From positions 193,747 to 257,746 of the forward strand of contig CAVXYG010000008.1 of NCBI GenBank assembly GCA_963766005.1: 64,000 nt of DNA. The letters are read 5' to 3'. The translations under genes were made by a program, and so were the position numbers. Positions 52,568 to 64,000 of the stretch are shown one piece after another. The stretch's first letter is position 1, and each line of letters begins with the position of its first letter. The notes under the pieces are model-generated. The model was not told where the DNA came from. It did not search any database and saw nothing but the letters and a program-made list of their open reading frames with translations. This DNA is from an uncultured Actinomycetota bacterium (GTDB taxonomy: Bacteria; Actinomycetota; Actinomycetes; S36-B12; GCA-2699445).

Positions 52568-53389
52568 GTGTCTGACGAGACGCTGACGCCGGAGCCCCAG
52601 GGGCCCGTGGCCTCGGTCGACGACGCCCCGACCGACGCTGCCGCGCCGGCCGACGAGGAGTCGCCCAGCGAGGTGGATGCCGCGCCGGCCGTTCCCGACG
52701 AGGAGTCGCCCAGCGAGGCGGATGCCGCGCCGGCCGTTCCCGACGAGGAGTCGCCCAGCGAGGCGGATGCCGCGCCGGCCGATCCCAACGAGGAGCTGCT
52801 CGAGGCGCTGCAGGTCGCGCTCGGCGAGTGGTACGTCGTGCACTCCTATGCCGGCTACGAGCGCCGCGTGAAGCAGAACATCGAGGTCGCGCGGCGCAAC
52901 CAGGACCTCGAGGACGAGATCTTCCAGGTCGAGGTACCTATGGAGACCGTCTGGGAGATCAAGAAGGGCGAGCGCAAGCGGGTCGAGCGGGTCAAGCTGC
53001 CCGGCTATGTCCTCGTGCGGATGGAGCACTCGGCGCAGTCCTGGACCGCCATCCGCAACACGCCTGGCGTCACCGGCTTCGTTGGCCACGGGGGTGATCC
53101 GATCCCGCTGAGCGTGCCCGAAGTCTTCGACATGCTCAAAGGTCCGGACCGCCCCGCGGACCGCAAGGCTGCCGAGGAGGAGTCGGTCGGCGGCGCCCCC
53201 GCGAAGCGAATCGAGGTGTCGGAGTACAGCGTCGGCGATGTCGTCACGGTCGTCGACGGCCCGTTCGAGTCGCTCCAGGCCACGATCTCCGAGGTCAACC
53301 CCGAGGCGCAGCGCATCACCGCCATGGTCGAGCTCTTCGGGCGCGACACACCGGTCGAGCTGCGCTTTGACCAGATCACGGCCATCTGA
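52568..53389 (+). CDS. nusG: transcription factor NusG with acidic N-terminal extension
   Basis: WYVVHSYAGYE, PGYVLV, TPGVTGFVG, GPF, FGRDTPVEL. Confidence 0.96.
   Translation: MSDETLTPEPQGPVASVDDAPTDAAAPADEESPSEVDAAPAVPDEESPSEADAAPAVPDEESPSEADAAPADPNEELLEALQVALGEWYVVHSYAGYERRVKQNIEVARRNQDLEDEIFQVEVPMETVWEIKKGERKRVERVKLPGYVLVRMEHSAQSWTAIRNTPGVTGFVGHGGDPIPLSVPEVFDMLKGPDRPADRKAAEEESVGGAPAKRIEVSEYSVGDVVTVVDGPFESLQATISEVNPEAQRITAMVELFGRDTPVELRFDQITAI
52651..52795 (+). repeat. 45-bp in-frame tandem repeat, about 3.2 copies, inside nusG
   Basis: Units start at 52651, 52696, 52741 and (partial) 52786; encode DEESPSE(A/V)DAAPAVP. Confidence 0.95.
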
Positions 53390-53434
53390 GCCGGTTCATC
53401 ACCCACCAGCAAGCAGTAAGGACGCAACACCGCC

Positions 53435-53875
53435 ATGGCAGCACCGAAGAAGCGCCGGAAGGTCACCGGCTACATCAAGTTGCAGATCCAGGCCGGCAAG
53501 GCCAACCCGGCGCCGCCGGTCGGCCCCGCGTTGGGCCAGCACGGCGTCAACATCATGGAGTTCTGCAAGGCCTACAACGCCGCGACCGAGTCGCAGCGCG
53601 GGGAGGTCGTGCCGGTCGAGATCACGGTCTACGACGACCGCTCGTTCGACTTCGTCCTGAAGACCCCGCCGGCCGCGAAACTCATCCTCAAGGCGGCAGG
53701 GATCAGCAAGGGCGCGAGCAACCCGCTGACGGACAAGGCCGGGACCATCTCCCGCGACCAGGTCCGCGAGATCGCCGAGAAGAAGATGCCGGACCTCAAC
53801 GCCAACGACATCGACGCGGCGATGAAGATCATCGAAGGCACCGCCCGTCAGATGGGCGTGGCCGTCAAGGGCTGA
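53435..53875 (+). CDS. rplK: 50S ribosomal protein L11
   Basis: [20 protein letters not shown]. Confidence 0.98.
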   Translation: MAAPKKRRKVTGYIKLQIQAGKANPAPPVGPALGQHGVNIMEFCKAYNAATESQRGEVVPVEITVYDDRSFDFVLKTPPAAKLILKAAGISKGASNPLTDKAGTISRDQVREIAEKKMPDLNANDIDAAMKIIEGTARQMGVAVKG

Positions 53876-53905
53876 TCAGCCGACACCGGGGACTTCCGGT
53901 CCCGC

Positions 53906-53936
53906 GTGGCAGGGCGAGCGCTCGCCCGCTGACCAC
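53906..53936 (+). promoter_or_regulatory. probable L1-binding autoregulatory RNA element
   Basis: GTGG-CA-GGGCGAG..CTCGCCC-GCTGA-CCAC stem with asymmetric internal loop just upstream of the rplA RBS. Confidence 0.6.
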
Positions 53937-53960
53937 ATACTGCAGACAAGGAGCAGTCAG

Positions 53961-54647
53961 ATGAAGCGCAGCAAGAACTACCGGGCCAGCGAGGCACTGA
54001 TCGAGCCCGGCATCCAGTACGGCGCCGCCGAGGCCGTTGCCCTGGCGAAGCAGACGGGCAAGGCGAAGTTCGACGCCACCGTCGAGGTGTCCCTGCGGCT
54101 CGGGGTCGACCCTCGCAAGGCCGACCAGATGGTCCGTGGCACCGTCAACCTGCCGCACGGGACCGGGAAGACGGCTCGCGTCGTGGTGTTCGCCACCGGG
54201 CCCGCAGCGGAAGCTGCCCTCGCGGCCGGCGCCGACGAGGTGGGCAGCGATGATCTCGTGGCCAAGATCCAAGGCGGTTGGACCGATTTCGACGCCGCCG
54301 TGGCCACCCCGGACCAGATGGGCAAGGTCGGGCGGCTGGGCAAGGTGCTGGGCCCCCGCGGCCTGATGCCGAACCCGAAGACGGGCACCGTGACGATGGA
54401 CGTCGCCAAGGCGGTCTCCGACATCAAGGGCGGCAAGATCGAGTTCCGCGTCGACAAGCACTCCAACCTCCACTTCATCGTCGGCAAGGTCTCCTTCCCC
54501 GACGAGGCGCTGGTGGAGAACTACAACGCGGCCATGGACGAGGTCATGCGGTTGAAGCCCTCCGCCGCGAAGGGCCGCTATGTCCGCAAGGCCACGATGT
54601 CGACGACCATGGGTCCCGGTATTCCGCTGGACACCGCTGGGAAGTAG
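53961..54647 (+). CDS. rplA: 50S ribosomal protein L1
   Basis: [28 protein letters not shown]. Confidence 0.98.
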   Translation: MKRSKNYRASEALIEPGIQYGAAEAVALAKQTGKAKFDATVEVSLRLGVDPRKADQMVRGTVNLPHGTGKTARVVVFATGPAAEAALAAGADEVGSDDLVAKIQGGWTDFDAAVATPDQMGKVGRLGKVLGPRGLMPNPKTGTVTMDVAKAVSDIKGGKIEFRVDKHSNLHFIVGKVSFPDEALVENYNAAMDEVMRLKPSAAKGRYVRKATMSTTMGPGIPLDTAGK

Positions 54648-55070
54648 CACGCTCAGGCATTCGCGGCGCGGGACTCGATCGCAGGATCGGTCCCGCGCTG
54701 TGCTGGTTCATGGGGGCCGTCGCGCACCTGCACCGGCTGCGTCGCTGCAGCCGGTGCACGAGTCTTGGTCCGCTGCCCGTGGAGCAGTCCGGCCGGGTGG
54801 TCCGCAGCCAAGCGGACTGCCGCCTCGATGCGGTAGCAGCGACAGTCGGGGCGGTCGGGTGCAGGTGTCGCGGTCCCGACACCGCCCCGGCACCAGCCCG
54901 CCCGGCCGCGAACGACCGCTCCGGCGGCAGGAGCGCACGGTTGGGCGAGTCGTGGCCCGGCGCGGGACGCGGCCACGCAGCCGCGCCCGCGACCTGAACA
55001 GCAGCGGTCGCATCGCGGCACGTCGGCTGAGGGAATGCAGGCCGATTTGGACCCTGCGTGCCCGGGCATC

Positions 55071-55205
55071 TACGATGGCGTTGCCGAAGACCGCCGGTGT
55101 CGCGAGAGCGACATAAGCCCGACCGGGCGCCTGCGCAGGTGTGTGAGAGTGGTCCGCTGGGTACCAGCGGCAAGCCTCAGCGCGCCGGCGCTGGGGCTTT
55201 TTGTC
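55071..55205 (+). promoter_or_regulatory. rplJ promoter -10 (TACGAT) and L10 leader
   Basis: TACGAT, then CCGAAGACCGCCGGT...GCCTGCGCAGG, then a hairpin with T-tract (GGGGCTTTTTGT) before rplJ. Confidence 0.7.
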
Positions 55206-55245
55206 GTTGGGCCGTCGGTCCCACCGAGTCCAAGGAAGGACAGTT

Positions 55246-55914
55246 ATGGCGCGGACGGACAAAACCGCCGTCATCGACGAACTCTCGAAGTTGTTCCAGG
55301 GCGCGTCGGCGACCGTGCTGACCGAGTACCGCGGCCTCAGCGTGGCGCAGATGTCGAAGTTGCGCCGTTCGCTCGGGCCGGAGACCACCTACGCGGTGGT
55401 GAAGAACACCCTCACCCGTCGGGCCGCGGCCCAGGCCGGCGTGGAGGGCCTCGAGGCGGAACTGGTCGGACCCAGCGCGATCGCGTTTATCGGGGGAGAC
55501 CCCGTTGAAGCAGCCAAGGGGTTGCGCGCCTTCGCGAAGGACAACGAAGCGCTCGTCATCAAGGCCGGCTACATGGACGGCAAGGTCCTGAGCGCGGACG
55601 AGGTGGCGAAGCTCGCCGAACTGGAGTCCCGCGAGGTGCTGCTGGCCAAGTTGGCCGGAGCGATGAAGGCGTCGATGTCCCAGGCTGCTGCGCTCTTCAA
55701 CGCGCCGCTGTCGCAGGCGGCACGAACGATGGAGGCGCTGCGCGTCAAGGCCGAGGAGGATCCCTCAGTCCTGGCAGGCGGCGCAGGCACCGGGGTGGCC
55801 GACGCCGCCGCAGATTCTTCGGACGCCGCCGCGGCGCCCGAGGCGACCGACTCGGCACCCGCCGACGAGGCCGCACCCTCCGGCGACGCGTCGCAGGAGA
55901 ACTCCGAGGGCTGA
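55246..55914 (+). CDS. rplJ: 50S ribosomal protein L10 (acidic C-terminal tail)
   Basis: [26 protein letters not shown]. Confidence 0.97.
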   Translation: MARTDKTAVIDELSKLFQGASATVLTEYRGLSVAQMSKLRRSLGPETTYAVVKNTLTRRAAAQAGVEGLEAELVGPSAIAFIGGDPVEAAKGLRAFAKDNEALVIKAGYMDGKVLSADEVAKLAELESREVLLAKLAGAMKASMSQAAALFNAPLSQAARTMEALRVKAEEDPSVLAGGAGTGVADAAADSSDAAAAPEATDSAPADEAAPSGDASQENSEG

Positions 55915-55990
55915 CGCCCTGACCCGCGGCGACCCCGTCGCGGTGACGACACCGTCCGGCCCTCGGCCGGAGCAGAGAAAGGACGCCATC

Positions 55991-56383
55991 ATGGCGAAGC
56001 TGACCACCGATGAACTGCTCGACGCGTTCAAGGAAATGACGCTGATCGAGCTGAGCGAGTTCGTGAAGAAGTTCGAGGAGACCTTCGAGGTCACCGCAGC
56101 CGCACCGGTCGCGGTCGCCGCCGCCGGTGCCGCGCCGGCCGCTGGCGGGGAGGCCGAGGCCGCTGCCGAGCAGGACGAGTTCGACGTCATCCTCGACAGT
56201 GCCGGCGACCAGAAGATCAAGGTCATCAAGGAGGTCCGGGCGCTGACCAGCCTCGGGTTGAAGGAGGCAAAGGATCTGGTCGAGGGCGCGCCCAAGCCGG
56301 TCCTGGAGAAGGTCGAGAAGGACGCTGCCGAGAAGGCCAAGGAGGCCCTCGAGGCCGTCGGCGCCAAGGTCACCGTCAAGTAG
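55991..56383 (+). CDS. rplL: 50S ribosomal protein L7/L12
   Basis: [28 protein letters not shown]. Confidence 0.98.
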   Translation: MAKLTTDELLDAFKEMTLIELSEFVKKFEETFEVTAAAPVAVAAAGAAPAAGGEAEAAAEQDEFDVILDSAGDQKIKVIKEVRALTSLGLKEAKDLVEGAPKPVLEKVEKDAAEKAKEALEAVGAKVTVK

Positions 56384-56402
56384 TTCTGCGCCTCGCGACA
56401 TC

Positions 56403-56441
56403 GCCGCGGGCGGTTCCCCATCCCGGGGAGCCGCCCGCGGC
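56403..56441 (+). terminator. strong hairpin after rplL
   Basis: GCCGCGGGCGGTTCCCC / GGGGAGCCGCCCGCGGC 17-bp stem (one G-U), 5-nt loop. Confidence 0.65.
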
Positions 56442-56625
56442 TGTGTCGATGCCACCGTATTTGGTGGATCGGGCGAGGTGCGATAGCCTTAGGTTTTGCG
56501 CTTCCTCTTCAGATGAGCCCCCATCTTCCAGTTCCCGAACCGCGCCCGGGAGCCGGGGTTGGTGCACGGTTGGGTAGGGGATGCGTTCTTCGGGTGAGTA
56601 GCGCGCTGTTCCGGAAGGACGCCAC

Positions 56626-60087
<3,462 letters not shown>

Positions 60088-60093
60088 TGTGCA

Positions 60094-60127
60094 CCGCCCG
60101 CCGGCACACCACTGAGCCGGCGGGCGG
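60094..60127 (+). other. 12-bp perfect hairpin in the rpoB-rpoC spacer
   Basis: CCGCCCGCCGGC / GCCGGCGGGCGG with a 10-nt loop and no T-tract. Confidence 0.55.
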
Positions 60128-60178
60128 GCCGCCACCACACAAGCCACAACCGACGCTGAAGACACGAAGGAATCAACT

Positions 60179-64000
<3,822 letters not shown>

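Noticed and set aside
52651-52795. Possible CRISPR array
   Set aside because: No unique spacers, in-frame coding tandem repeat, no cas genes.

Overview
High-GC actinobacterial chromosomal segment, almost entirely core genome. In order: classical menaquinone genes (menA partial, menE, menB, menC, menD); a ~12 kb block splitting the men cluster (HTH plus homing-endonuclease-associated-repeat protein, DUF4870 membrane protein, recCBD operon, WS/DGAT); menF-like isochorismate synthase and menG; a complete nuoA-N operon with a candidate Rex operator; polyprenyl synthase, Zn-dehydrogenase, type II NADH dehydrogenase, acyl-CoA dehydrogenase, USP, rarD, korAB, yajQ; tRNA-Tyr/Thr/Met, rpmG, SDR plus hadAB-like pair, murB, a broken crotonase, an aminotransferase; tRNA-Trp, secE, nusG, rplKA, rplJL, rpoB and partial rpoC. 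I found no transposase, integrase, phage gene or CRISPR array. Four genes (menE, menD, recD, crotonase) carry small frameshifts, most simply consensus errors. The best leads for novelty are the nuclease-less HTH/HNH-repeat gene beside recBCD, two unusually structured intergenic stretches (46677-46839 and 54648-55070), the apparent menE-menA read-through and the 45-bp tandem repeat in nusG. None is a demonstrated new system. All calls are from motif recognition by eye; no searches were run.
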